Source: Chloroflexota bacterium
GTDB lineage: Bacteria; Chloroflexota; UBA5177
DNA: 64,000 nt
Assembly (NCBI GenBank): GCA_051002135.1
Contig: JBPCMQ010000004.1
Span: 2,095-66,094, forward strand
Direction: 5' to 3'
This document shows positions 29,237 to 38,757 of the stretch, in pieces (the stretch's first letter is position 1; the number at the start of each line of letters is the position of its first letter). The notes beneath the pieces were generated by a model. It made no database searches. It saw nothing but the letters and a program-made list of their open reading frames with translations, and had not been told where the DNA came from. Both the position numbers and the translations under genes were made by a program.

Positions 29237-29878
29237 ATGAATCTTCATCTTGGCGCGGATGTCCGTCAGCGCGGGGGCGACAAATTCGGCGAGCTTCAGG
29301 GCATCGTTTACGATCCCCAATCTCACCACGTCATGGCGTTGGTCGTCCAGCAAAGTGGGTTGGCGGGGGAGGACACGCTCGTGACGGCGCGTGCTATCTC
29401 GGGCACGGACATGGACGGAGAAGAGGTATACCTCAATCTCACCCCGGACCAGTTCGCAAACATGAAGCCTCTGTACGAGCGAAGCGATAACATCGCTCCT
29501 CCTCCGGACGCGGCGAACGTCGTGTCGAACACGGTGCGCGAGCCCTTCGACATTCCCGATGTCCCTCCCCTTGGCGCGGCCGTCGGGGTGGAGTCCATCG
29601 CTTTCACGCCTTTGATTCAGGAGATCACTAACCTTCGCCAGCAGGACGTGCTTGTCGGACGCTCCACCTTGGTGAGAGCCATGGACGGGGACGTGGGTCA
29701 GGTGGTGAGAGTGTTCGTCGACGATGACAGCGGCAGCATGACCGGGCTGGTCGCTGAAAGGGGACTCGTGTTCACGCATGACGTCTTCGTGCCCATGCAC
29801 ACCGTCGCATCTCTCAATCAGGACGAGATTGAGCTGAACGTAGACAAAGGCGTGCTGCAGGAATACAAGAGGGGTTAA
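29237..29878 (+). CDS. PRC-barrel domain protein (two PRC repeats)
   Basis: 'LGADVRQRGGDKFGELQGIVYD' and a second 'VGRSTLVRAMDGDVGQVVRVFVDDDSG' PRC-like segment. Confidence 0.65.
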   Translation: MNLHLGADVRQRGGDKFGELQGIVYDPQSHHVMALVVQQSGLAGEDTLVTARAISGTDMDGEEVYLNLTPDQFANMKPLYERSDNIAPPPDAANVVSNTVREPFDIPDVPPLGAAVGVESIAFTPLIQEITNLRQQDVLVGRSTLVRAMDGDVGQVVRVFVDDDSGSMTGLVAERGLVFTHDVFVPMHTVASLNQDEIELNVDKGVLQEYKRG

Positions 29879-29978
29879 ACCGCTAGCGCGACACTCGGGT
29901 CGCGTCTCAGATTGCCTCGTCGATCAGCGTTCCTTGGAGCAGGCGCGTGAAGTCGGGTTTTCGGGCGATTATAGTGCG

Positions 29979-30290
29979 TCAGGCGCGCGCCAGGTTCCGG
30001 AGCCCGGACGAGAGAGACGAGAGGACGAGTGCCTCATCACCGCTCAGACCGCTCACTTCTACGATGTCTTCCCCGAAGACTGTGTAGTCCTCGAGAAGGT
30101 GGACAAGCTGCTCCCAATCCACCACATAGGTAGATCGTACGGGGCCGCCGGTATCACCGACGGTCGAAGGCCGTTCTCCGACGCACACGACCCTGTAAAA
30201 GTCGTGGAAATACTCTTGAAGGTGGTCTTCGTGGATGTTTTCCTCGTAGACCAAGTGCAGCATAGCCATTCCCGTGGCGGCCTCCTGGAA
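29979..30290 (-). CDS. Hypothetical small acidic protein
   Basis: ORF only. No motif recognised. Confidence 0.35.
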   Translation of the reverse strand, partial: FQEAATGMAMLHLVYEENIHEDHLQEYFHDFYRVVCVGERPSTVGDTGGPVRSTYVVDWEQLVHLLEDYTVFGEDIVEVSGLSGDEALVLSSLSSGLRNLARA

Positions 30291-30417
30291 GGGTGGGTCA
30301 GTATCCAGGTGCATCAATCGTGCCGCGGCCTAAATCCCGGCGTGATGCCGACCTCGTGCCGTACCACACGCCTTTCGTGAGACAAAAGAAAAGGACCCGC
30401 CATGCAGGTCCAAAATT

Positions 30418-30492
30418 GGTAGCGGGGGTTGGATTCGAACCAACGACCTCCGGGTTATGAGCCCGACGAGCTGCCACTGCTCTACCCCGCGG
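30418..30492 (-). tRNA. tRNA-Met (anticodon CAT), initiator-like
   Basis: 'CGCGGGGTAGAGCAGTGG...TCGGGCTCATAACCCGG...GGTTCGAATCCAACCCCCGCTACCA'. Three consecutive G-C pairs in the anticodon stem. Position 1:72 is unpaired (C1 opposite U72). Confidence 0.85.
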
Positions 30493-30833
30493 CGCATCTC
30501 AACTATACAGGAAGGTTGGCAAGGCCATCAAAGTGCCCCATTTCGCACACTCCAAAAGTCGTCGGGACGGTACCGGTCACCCACACGGTTGTCGTGGGCA
30601 GGGGCACACCAGGCGGAACGACGCGTGATCTCTGCGCGACGCGACACAATGGCGGCGCCGGCTCTTTGCCGCGATTCGGGCTCACAATACCTCTCTGCGT
30701 CAGCGGGCATAGTATTGAGCGATGGATAGCAGCCGCGGTCAGCAGATGCAGGCCACCGCCGATGCGATCCTGAATACGTCGGGTTGCTCTGCACCCGCGG
30801 AAACGCCGCGCGGCGTTCGATCGTGCCGAGGCC

Positions 30834-31073
30834 TTGGCTGTGGGTACACGTGAAGATGCCGGCGATCTACAGGAGCCGCTGCTCGGTTTTGTCATGAAGA
30901 TTTGTACCGGTGCATATGAAATCACTGATGGGGACATACAGCGACTCACCGACGGCGGCTATTGCGAGGATGCCATCTTCGAAGCGATTATCAGCACGGC
31001 GGTCGGAGCGGGCATGAGCCGCCTGGCTCTCGGACTTGCGGCGCTCAGGTCAGGGGACGATGGATGCGTCTGA
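30834..31073 (+). pseudogene. C-terminal fragment of a carboxymuconolactone decarboxylase (CMD/AhpD-like) family protein
   Basis: 'ITDGDIQRLTDGGYCEDAIFEAIISTAVGAGMSRLALG' resembles a CMD C-terminal helix pair. No N-terminal part in frame. Confidence 0.4.
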
Positions 31074-31630
31074 AGAACGTGGCCACGAAGTTCGACGCAA
31101 GCTGGCTTCCAGACGGTGCGCCTGAACCCCGCGATGTTGTCAAGACCTTGAACTACCGAAAGAATCTTTTCGGCAGACCATTCAGCCACGCCCTGCAAGA
31201 TGTCATGCGCGGGCCCTCGCACTGGAGCGTGGGAGATCGGGAGCTGATGGCCGCTTTCGTGTCCCGCCAAAACAAATGTGCATACTGAACTTCGGCCCAC
31301 GGCGCGGTCGCGTCGCTTGCCTTAGAGAATGAGGAGCTTGTTGGGGCCGTTCTCGATGACCTGGAGACGGCGCCCATTGCGGATTCCCTGCGAGCCACCC
31401 TACGTTTTTTGGCCAAGCTCACACTGAGCCCGGACACGATCGAGGGTTCAGACGTGCATGACGTGCGGGTTCAGGGTGTCAACGACCACGCAATCTCCGA
31501 CGCCATTCACGTTTGCGCTCTGTTCAACATGATTGATCGCTGCGCCGATGCACTTGGTTTTGAGGTCCCGATCGGCCACCCGGGCCGGTACCTCCTCGAT
31601 CATGGCTACCTGGGCATGGGAAGTTAGCAC
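31064..31630 (+). CDS. AhpD-like / CMD-family peroxidase-related protein with an in-frame UGA (candidate selenocysteine) at 31286-31288
   Basis: ATG at 31064. The same frame continues through TGA to a stop at 31628-31630 (189 codons). The CMD catalytic motif reads 'VSRQNKCAY[TGA]TSAH', so TGA replaces the second Cys of the family's C-x-x-C...H motif. The C-terminal half is 'ISDAIHVCALFNMIDRCADALGFEV'. Confidence 0.55.
31294..31321 (+). promoter_or_regulatory. Candidate bacterial SECIS hairpin
   Basis: 12 nt after the UGA lies a 6-bp stem, CGGCGC/GCGUCG, with one G-U pair. Its 4-nt apical loop is GGUC, the same as the E. coli fdhF SECIS loop. A lower 3-bp stem sits at 31294-31296/31319-31321, with an internal loop between. 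Confidence 0.35.
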
Positions 31631-31722
31631 GAAATCATCCGCGTCCGGTGCAATGCGGGCGTAGCTCAGCCCTCCTGGCGCAATGCCCTAGAAGGCGCAC
31701 ATGTCTTCGCCCCACGGGCACT

Positions 31723-31851
31723 CGCCTTGCATACGGACGGCCACGGAGGCCGAGCGACATCGCCCTGCGGCGATCCCGTGCGGTGCTCACATCGAGGACC
31801 TCCCGGCCCTTACGGACGGCGTAGCTCGGCCCTCCGTGGCCGTCCGTCCGG
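31723..31851. repeat. REP-like palindromic elements upstream of the RAYT: one direct copy and one inverted, hairpin-forming copy
   Basis: 'ACGGACGGCCACGGAGGCCGAGC' at 31723-31751. 31811-31851 is the reverse complement and also forms a 9-bp-arm palindrome. A second repeat family, 'GGCGCAATGCCCTAGAAGGCGCAC' (31671) / 'GGGGCAATGCCATAGAAGATGAAGGCCAC' (31858), is interleaved. Confidence 0.7.
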
Positions 31852-31927
31852 AGTTCCGGGGCAATGCCATAGAAGATGAAGGCCACGATGACACAATAGT
31901 TGTATCCACAGGGGAAAGACACCTTGT

Positions 31928-32413
31928 ATGGAATATGACTCTCCACCAAATCGGCAACCTTGGAAGTATCGCCGCCTACAAACCTACGATTATTCCAACC
32001 CGGAACACGCCTACTTCGTCACCGTGTGCGCGCGACGCCACACGCGTCCTTTCAGAGACTCCCTCGCAGCCGAGGAAGTTATTTCCTAGCGGATGTGGAT
32101 TCGGGATCACCGTGAGGTGGATCTGTATGCCTACTGCCTCATGCCGGACCATCTTCATCTGCTCCTCAAATTGAGGACCAATCGGTGGACGCTCGGGGAT
32201 GTGATCGGCAGCCTGAAGTCATTTACCACGGAGAGAAGCTGGCAATTGGGGCATGAGGGCGCACTTTGGCAGGACAGGTTTCATGATCACATCCTGCGGC
32301 GGAGTGAGGATGGAGATGAGACTGCCGCGTATATCCTGAATAATCCGGTGCGCAAGGGCCTTGTCAAAGATCGTGACGACTATGCCTACAGCGGTACCCC
32401 GGATCCGATGTAG
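31928..32413 (+). mobile_element. REP-associated tyrosine transposase (RAYT, IS200-like Y1 HUH) with an in-frame TAG at 32087-32089
   Basis: N-terminal part 'YDYSNPEHAYFVTVCARRHTRPF'. HUH motif 'LMPDHLHLLL'. Catalytic Tyr region 'AAYILNNPVRKGLV'. Both parts are in the same frame, separated by TAG ('AAEEVIS*RMWIRDH'). Confidence 0.7.
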
Positions 32414-32438
32414 CAAAGTTACGGCAAGGTTGTAACCG

Positions 32439-32471
32439 TCGGACGGACGGCCACAGAGGGCCGAGCTACAT
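32439..32471. repeat. REP-like element, third copy, downstream of the RAYT
   Basis: 'cggacggacggccacagagggccgagctacatc' matches the 31723 and 31811 copies. Confidence 0.7.
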
Positions 32472-32519
32472 CTTCTACGGCGTAGCCATGTCGTACTACA
32501 ATGCAGGAGGCGCCTGCCG

Positions 32520-32982
32520 CTATGGCTGAGACGCAAGGGCCTCCAACACTTCGCCCGCGTGCTCATCGGGTTTGACTTTGCGCCAAATCCTTTTTATCCT
32601 CCCGTCGCGGTCGATCAAGAACGTGGTGCGTTCGATCCCCATGTAGCGGCCGTGCCATACGCCTCTGCGACACGGTGGTCGGTATCCGCCAGGAGCGCAA
32701 ACGGCAGGTTGTACTTCTCCGCAAAACGATCGTGGGAGACCGTGTCGTCCGGACTCACGCCGAGCACCACCGCATCGGCGCCTTCGATTGATCCGTGGAC
32801 GTCACGGAAATTGCACGATTCCTTTAGCACTGGTGCTCGTATGTGCATCCCGACGTGTCGTCCTTCGGGTAGAAGTACAGGACCACATCTTTTCCCCGCA
32901 GTTCGTCGGGAGAGACAGAGCCGCCTCCAAGCGGGGCATCGTGAAATCGGGCGCACGATCGCCCTCGTTAAGCTGCGTCATG
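32520..32982 (-). pseudogene. bcp: Bcp-type peroxiredoxin (thiol peroxidase) disrupted by at least three frameshifts
   Basis: On the minus strand from ATG 32982: 'MTQLNEGDRAPDFTMP', then 'GKDVVLYFYPKDDTSGCTYE' in a second frame, 'KESCNFRDVHG...VLGVSPDDTVSHDRFAEKYNLPFALLADTDHRVAEAYG' in a third, and 'TTFLIDRDGRIKRIW...' in a fourth. Total ~154 codons, the size of Bcp. Confidence 0.6.
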
Positions 32983-33058
32983 CGATTCCTCCTGCTCGCA
33001 CCCGTATCCGGCTATTTTATCCGTCCTCGGCGCACCCTGTGCTATGCTACGGCGTTCG

Positions 33059-34120
33059 ATGAAGGTCCCCCGTTTCAGCCGCCTCCGATGGCTCGGTATC
33101 CCGGTTCTCGCCCTGGTCGCCTCCGGGCTGCCCGGGTATATTCCGGCACAGGCAGGGCCCGTCTTCCTTCCGGGGTTTCCCTTGCTACGCCAGCAGCGGC
33201 CTCTGACCTGCGAAGCGTCCGCTGCCAGCATGGGAACGCGCGCACGGATCGGTGAGAGCCGGCTGATGGCGATGATGTCGCGAAATCCGAATCCAAACCT
33301 TGGATTCCGCGGCAACCCCGATGGATTTCAGGGCCAGACTCTCGTCGACTACGGCGTGTATGCCAAGCCTCTGCACCAGGCGCTCCTGCGCTTCGGGTAT
33401 CAAAGCGATGTCATCGACTATGGCAGTGACTGGCTACTGCGGTCGTACCTCAATAGAGGATGGCCAGTCGTCGCCTGGATGACGTATCAGCTGCAGCATG
33501 CGGTCCCTCGCCTAGCGGAAGCTAACGGGGTGCAGTTCTTTCTCGTGCCTCACGAGCACGCGATTTTGATCGTTGGGTACGACAACGCCTCGATCCTGGC
33601 AAATGATCCCTGGACCGCTCAGCTTGTCCGTTATGGGTGGAAGTCGTTTAACCGCTCCTGGGGCCTTTTCGGGAACATGGCGCTCGCTTTACAGCCCTGC
33701 GCTGCCCCTCAGCCCGTGATCGACCTGCGTGTTCTACGTCCAACGCCCCCGGAAGTGACATGGGTGTGGAAACGACCCATTGGTGCCGTGCGCTTCCGCC
33801 TGACGTTGACGGCGTCGGGCAGTCGTCACCGACTGCTCTATCTGGCCAACCAGACGGATAACCGTTTTACGTACGTAGGAACTCGTCCCGGCAAGGGATA
33901 CCTCCTCTCCGTCGCATCCGTGTCCGGCTGCGGGTCGGTGGCTCCCGGCTATGGCGCATGGTACTGGACGTCCCCGGCCACCCCGACGCCCACCCCATCT
34001 CCCACGCCATCGCCCACTCCGCTCGTGGAAGGGACCGTGTCTCCAACCAGCGCTCCCACCGAAATTCCGACCGCCGCGGTGCCGCCTGCTGCCTCTATCA
34101 CACCCACGAGTAACCCCTGA
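33059..34120 (+). CDS. Secreted C39-like cysteine peptidase with an Ig-like domain and PT-rich tail
   Basis: Signal peptide 'MKVPRFSRLRWLGIPVLALVASG'. Cys motif 'QQRPLTCEASAASM'. His motif 'PHEHAILIVGYD'. C-terminal 'TPTPTPSPTPSPTP'. Confidence 0.65.
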   Translation: MKVPRFSRLRWLGIPVLALVASGLPGYIPAQAGPVFLPGFPLLRQQRPLTCEASAASMGTRARIGESRLMAMMSRNPNPNLGFRGNPDGFQGQTLVDYGVYAKPLHQALLRFGYQSDVIDYGSDWLLRSYLNRGWPVVAWMTYQLQHAVPRLAEANGVQFFLVPHEHAILIVGYDNASILANDPWTAQLVRYGWKSFNRSWGLFGNMALALQPCAAPQPVIDLRVLRPTPPEVTWVWKRPIGAVRFRLTLTASGSRHRLLYLANQTDNRFTYVGTRPGKGYLLSVASVSGCGSVAPGYGAWYWTSPATPTPTPSPTPSPTPLVEGTVSPTSAPTEIPTAAVPPAASITPTSNP

Positions 34121-34326
34121 ACCCCGTCATTTTCGGTCGGGGCCTTTGGTACAATTGTTTCTCTTGGTCATGTCCTCATCGATGAAAATGCGTTGCTTCG
34201 GGAAAAGGGACGCTCCTCCCGAAGATTGATACACAGGCGGGTGCCGGCGGGCACGTCACCCAGTGCGAGTGCCCTGGCGTGATCGCCGGCTTACCCAAAA
34301 ACCCGCGATAACATCCGGACGGTAGG

Positions 34327-35406
34327 TTGGAAAAAAAGACAGCGCTGTACGACCAGCATGTGACATTGGGGGCGCGCATCGTGCCCTTCGCGGGTTACCT
34401 GATGCCTCTGGAGTACTCCGGCATTGTCGACGAGCACCGGGCGGTGCGGGAGGAAGCGGGACTCTTCGATCTGTCTCACATGGGCGAGCTGCGGGTGGAG
34501 GGTGAGGAAGCCGTGGAGGCCGTGGACTACCTTGTCACCAACGACATTCGGGGTCTTGATGTGTACCAAATCAGATACACGCCGATGTGCTACCCGGACG
34601 GCGGGATTGTCGATGATCTGCTGGTGTATCGGTTCGCGGATCATCTGATGCTGGTCGTCAACGCCTCCAATATCGACAAAGATCTGGCCTGGATTGTCGA
34701 CCATCCTGCCGGCGATGCGCGGATCGAAAACGTGAGTGACGACGTGGCTCTCATCGCGATCCAGGGGCCGAAGGCAGAGGGCATTCTGGCGCAGGTGACC
34801 GAGATCGACCTCGAGAGCATCGAGTACTACTGGTTCACTAGCGGCGACGTCGCGGGCGTGGACGCGACCGTGTCCCGCACCGGTTACACGGGCGAAGACG
34901 GCTTCGAGCTGTATGTGTCGCCCGCGGGCGCTCCGGAGGTGTGGCAAGCCCTTCTCCACGCCGGGCAGAGCAGCGGCTTGAAGCCGGTGGGTTTGGGGGC
35001 GCGTGATACCCTGCGACTGGAGGCCGGGTACATGCTGTACGGCAACGATATCGACCAGGGTACGTCGCCCTTAGAGGCCGGCCTTGGCTGGACGGTCAGG
35101 TTCGGCGCCTCGGATTTCATTGCCCGGGAGGTCCTGGAGGCACAGAAGGCGAACGGAGCAGAGCGTCGGATGGTAGCGCTCGAGATGCAGGACCGGCGCA
35201 TTCCCCGACCTCACTGCGCCGTATTCAGCGGGTCGGACCGCATTGGCGAGCTGACGAGCGGGACGTTCTCTCCGACATTCAAGCGCGGCATCGCGCTCGG
35301 GTACCTCGCTTCGAGTCACGCCCGACCGGGTACGGAGGTCGAGGTAGAAATCCGAGACCAGCGCCACGCGGCCCGCGTGGTACGCAAGCCCATATACAAA
35401 CGATAA
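34327..35406 (+). CDS. gcvT: Glycine cleavage system T protein (aminomethyltransferase)
   Basis: 'TALYDQHVTLGARIVPFAGYLMPLEY' canonical N-terminus. TTG start. First gene of the gcvT-H-PA-PB operon. Confidence 0.9.
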   Translation: MEKKTALYDQHVTLGARIVPFAGYLMPLEYSGIVDEHRAVREEAGLFDLSHMGELRVEGEEAVEAVDYLVTNDIRGLDVYQIRYTPMCYPDGGIVDDLLVYRFADHLMLVVNASNIDKDLAWIVDHPAGDARIENVSDDVALIAIQGPKAEGILAQVTEIDLESIEYYWFTSGDVAGVDATVSRTGYTGEDGFELYVSPAGAPEVWQALLHAGQSSGLKPVGLGARDTLRLEAGYMLYGNDIDQGTSPLEAGLGWTVRFGASDFIAREVLEAQKANGAERRMVALEMQDRRIPRPHCAVFSGSDRIGELTSGTFSPTFKRGIALGYLASSHARPGTEVEVEIRDQRHAARVVRKPIYKR

Positions 35407-35425
35407 GGATCGGAGAGGGCATCGT

Positions 35426-35818
35426 ATGGCTGGAAATTTTCCGGACGATCTGCGTTACACGAAGGACGATGAGTGGGTGCGGCGGGAGACGGACGAGGCC
35501 GTATACGGCGTCACCTCCTTTGCCACCGAGCAGCTGGGCGACATCGTGTTTCTGCAGCTACCGGACGTGGGCGCGCGTTTTGCTCAAGGCGAAGCTTTCG
35601 GCGAGATCGAATCGGTCAAGGCGGTGTCGGAGCTGTATTGTCCCGTCGGTGGAGAGATAGTGCGGGTCAATGACGACCTCGATCAGAACCCGGGGTTGGT
35701 CAACGAGGATCCGTATGGGCGCGGCTGGCTGGCCCGTGTACGTCTGGACGACCCGGAAGAGCTCGAAAACCTGCTCGACGCCGCGGCGTATGAACAAAAG
35801 ACTCTCGAGCCGCATTGA
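35426..35818 (+). CDS. gcvH: Glycine cleavage system H protein (lipoyl carrier)
   Basis: Lipoyl-lysine motif 'GEIESVKAVSELYCPVGGEIV'. Confidence 0.9.
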   Translation: MAGNFPDDLRYTKDDEWVRRETDEAVYGVTSFATEQLGDIVFLQLPDVGARFAQGEAFGEIESVKAVSELYCPVGGEIVRVNDDLDQNPGLVNEDPYGRGWLARVRLDDPEELENLLDAAAYEQKTLEPH

Positions 35819-37212
35819 TGTCCTATCTGCCGCACACGCCGGACGAGCGCGCTGCAATGCTGCACGCCGTCGGAGTGGAACGGGTCGAGGACCTGTTCGC
35901 GAATATTCCCGATGAGCTGCGAAGCGGACCGCCGGACATACCGGCCGGTGTAAGCGAGATGGAGGTAGCGCGGCTCTTGACCGCGCTGGCCGCCAAAAAT
36001 CTCGATCTCGAGCACCGGCCGTCATTTCTGGGAGCAGGCGCCTACCGGCATTACGCCCCCAGCGTGGTCGGTGCCATCACCGGTCGTTCCGAGTTTTACA
36101 CGTCGTACACGCCGTATCAGGCCGAAGCTTCGCAGGGCACGCTGCAGGCTATCTACGAGTACCAGACGATGATCGCCGAGCTCACGGCTCTGGACGTGTC
36201 GAACGCCTCCTTGTACGATGCGGCGACCGCGGTAACGGAGGCCGCCACCATTGCCATCAACGAGACGCGGCGTGAGCGCATTGGCGTGGCGCGCGGCCTC
36301 CATCCCGAATACCGGTGTGTCCTGGAGACCTATTTCAAGGGTGAGGGATTCGACCTGGTCGATCTGGACGAGACATGGTCGGCCAGCCCCTCGACCATGG
36401 GCGACGCGCTGGACGAGAATTTCGCGGCAGTGGTCGCACAGTCCCCGAACTTCTGGGGCGCTATCGAGCCGATGGCCGGCCTTGCCGAGGCAGCGCATGG
36501 CCACGGAGCGCTGTTCATCGCCGTCAACAATCCGCTTTCCCTGGCGCTTCTGGCCCCACCGGGTGAGTACGGTGCGGACATCGCCGTCGGCTGTGGGCAG
36601 CCGTTGGGAATCTCCCTGTCGTACGGTGGTCCGTATCTGGGACTGATCGCGGTGCGATCGGGTCTCGTGCGGCGGCTTCCCGGGCGCATTGCCGGCGCGA
36701 CGGTCGACACCAATGGTCGCAAGGGGTATGTGCTGACGATGCAGGCGCGGGAGCAACACATTCGGCGCGAGAAGGCCACGTCTAATATCTGTACAAATCA
36801 CGCCCTTATGGCGCTGGCGGCCACGGTTTATCTCTCCCTGATGGGCGCTGAAGGACTCCGCGAGCTGGCAACTCTGTGCCTGGGGAAGGCGCGCTACGCC
36901 GCCAAAGAGATCGCCGCCGTGCCGGGATTCGAGCTGGCGTTCGACGCGCCCTTCTTCAACGAGTTCACGGTGCGCACCCCGGTTCCCGCGGCCGAGGTCA
37001 ACCGTTTCCTCCTCGGCCGGGACATCATCGGAGGGTTCGACCTCGGGACGGTCGATCCGGCGATGGACCGCTACCTCCTGCTGGCTTTCACGGAGATGAC
37101 CTCCCGCCAGGAGATAGACGATCTCGTCGCGACGCTTCGTGAAATGGGCGCCGCCGGCACCGACGCGTCGCAGCGACTCCTGGAGGGTGCCGGCGCGCGA
37201 GGGTCCGAATGA
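35815..37212 (+). CDS. gcvPA: Glycine dehydrogenase (decarboxylating) subunit 1
   Basis: Split P-protein N-terminal subunit. '[15 protein letters not shown]', '[12 protein letters not shown]'. ATGA overlap with gcvH. Confidence 0.9.
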   Translation: MMSYLPHTPDERAAMLHAVGVERVEDLFANIPDELRSGPPDIPAGVSEMEVARLLTALAAKNLDLEHRPSFLGAGAYRHYAPSVVGAITGRSEFYTSYTPYQAEASQGTLQAIYEYQTMIAELTALDVSNASLYDAATAVTEAATIAINETRRERIGVARGLHPEYRCVLETYFKGEGFDLVDLDETWSASPSTMGDALDENFAAVVAQSPNFWGAIEPMAGLAEAAHGHGALFIAVNNPLSLALLAPPGEYGADIAVGCGQPLGISLSYGGPYLGLIAVRSGLVRRLPGRIAGATVDTNGRKGYVLTMQAREQHIRREKATSNICTNHALMALAATVYLSLMGAEGLRELATLCLGKARYAAKEIAAVPGFELAFDAPFFNEFTVRTPVPAAEVNRFLLGRDIIGGFDLGTVDPAMDRYLLLAFTEMTSRQEIDDLVATLREMGAAGTDASQRLLEGAGARGSE

Positions 37213-38729
37213 GCGAACCTCTCTCCTTCGAGCTGAGCTCTCCCGGACGCAAGGGCTACTCCCTGCCGGCGTCGGATGTGCCGGCCGTCGTCGTCGAGGA
37301 CGTGATACCACGAGAATACTTGCGCAACGCGCCGCCGGCGTTGCCGGAGCTGTCCGAGCCGGACGTGGTGCGGCACTTCACGCATCTGTCCGAGCTGAAT
37401 TACAGCATCGACTCGGGTTTTTATCCGCTGGGCTCGTGCACCATGAAGTACAACCCGAAAATCAACGAGGACACGGTCAACCAACCGGGGTTTCGATCTA
37501 TCCACCCCTATCAAGCGGAGTCGACTGTCCAGGGAGCGCTCCAGCTGATGTACGAGCTGCAAGAGGCACTTCTCGCCATCACCGGAATGGAGACGTTCAC
37601 TCTGCAGCCGGCGGCCGGAGCCCACGGTGAGCTGACGGGTCTGCTGATGATCCAGGCCTACCATCGCGCCAGCGGCGAGGAGCGCACCGAGATCATCGCT
37701 CCCGACTCGTCCCACGGAACCAATCCGGCCAGCGCCGCGACACTCGGCTACAAGCTGATCACAGTGCCGTCCGATTCCCGCGGACGGGTCGATCTGGAGA
37801 AGCTGAAGGCGTTGGTCAACGAAAGAACCGCGGCCCTGATGCTGACGAATCCGAGCACGCTGGGTCTCTTTGACGAGCAGGTGGAGGATATGTCCCGGAT
37901 CGTTCACGAGGCAGGTGGTCTCATGTACTATGACGGGGCCAATTTGAACGCGATCATGGGCCTTGCTCGGCCGGGAGACATGGGCTTCGACGTCGTCCAT
38001 TTGAACCTGCACAAGACGTTCACCACACCACACGGGGGTGGGGGACCTGGCGCCGGGCCGGTCGGCGTACGGGATACGCTCGGTCCATTCCTGCCGGTGC
38101 CGCTTGTCATCCGGAGGGGAGAGCAGTACGCTCTCGACTTCGATCGGCCGCACTCGATCGGCAAGGTCCGCAGCTTCTGGGGCAACTTCGGCATGCTGGT
38201 GCGCGCCTATACCTACATACGGCGTATGGGAAGCGATGGTCTGTCGCAGGTGAGCCGCGATGCCGTCCTGAGCGCCAATTACATTCGTGCCGGGCTGCGA
38301 GATGTCTACGACGAGCCGTACCCGGGCTTGAACATGCACGAATGCGTCCTGTCCGGCCGCCGGCAGAAGAAGATGGGCGTACGCACGGCGGATATTGCCA
38401 AGCGCCTCATGGATTATGGATTCCATCCGCCGACCGTATACTTTCCTCTCATCGTCGACGAGGCGCTGATGATCGAGCCGACGGAGACGGAGAACAAGGA
38501 CACCCTCGACGCTTTTATCGAGGCCATGCGTGCCATTGCCCGTGAGGCTGAGGAAGACCCGGACCTGGTGAAGAGTGCGCCGCACGCGACCATCTTGAGC
38601 CGGCTTGACGAGGCGCGAGCCGCCCGCGTCCCCGATCTACGATGGCGCCCTGTGGAGGGCGAGCACGTACTTCGCCCAGAAGGCGTTCCGGAAGTGCCGT
38701 TTACCACGGTGTCGCCCACGGCCTCCTGA
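37209..38729 (+). CDS. gcvPB: Glycine dehydrogenase (decarboxylating) subunit 2
   Basis: PLP-binding subunit. '[26 protein letters not shown]' with the PLP-lysine. ATGA overlap with gcvPA. Confidence 0.9.
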   Translation: MSEPLSFELSSPGRKGYSLPASDVPAVVVEDVIPREYLRNAPPALPELSEPDVVRHFTHLSELNYSIDSGFYPLGSCTMKYNPKINEDTVNQPGFRSIHPYQAESTVQGALQLMYELQEALLAITGMETFTLQPAAGAHGELTGLLMIQAYHRASGEERTEIIAPDSSHGTNPASAATLGYKLITVPSDSRGRVDLEKLKALVNERTAALMLTNPSTLGLFDEQVEDMSRIVHEAGGLMYYDGANLNAIMGLARPGDMGFDVVHLNLHKTFTTPHGGGGPGAGPVGVRDTLGPFLPVPLVIRRGEQYALDFDRPHSIGKVRSFWGNFGMLVRAYTYIRRMGSDGLSQVSRDAVLSANYIRAGLRDVYDEPYPGLNMHECVLSGRRQKKMGVRTADIAKRLMDYGFHPPTVYFPLIVDEALMIEPTETENKDTLDAFIEAMRAIAREAEEDPDLVKSAPHATILSRLDEARAARVPDLRWRPVEGEHVLRPEGVPEVPFTTVSPTAS

Positions 38730-38757
38730 ACAACGGCGCGTTGCCGGCCAACTAGAT

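Noticed and set aside
30429-30773. 114-aa ORF downstream of 29979
   Set aside because: Overlaps the tRNA-Met gene on the opposite strand and has no protein-like composition.
20329-32089. Amber (TAG) codons decoded as pyrrolysine
   Set aside because: No pyl genes in the window. The lineage is high-GC, where Pyl is essentially unknown. A nonsense mutation or sequence error is far more likely.
34121-34326. Glycine riboswitch upstream of gcvT
   Set aside because: Expected because of the gcvT operon. I cannot find the conserved GGAGAG / CUCUGGAGAG / ACCGAAGGGGCAA cores in the 200 bp upstream. Only loosely similar 'cccgaag' strings are present. A covariance-model scan would be needed to settle it.
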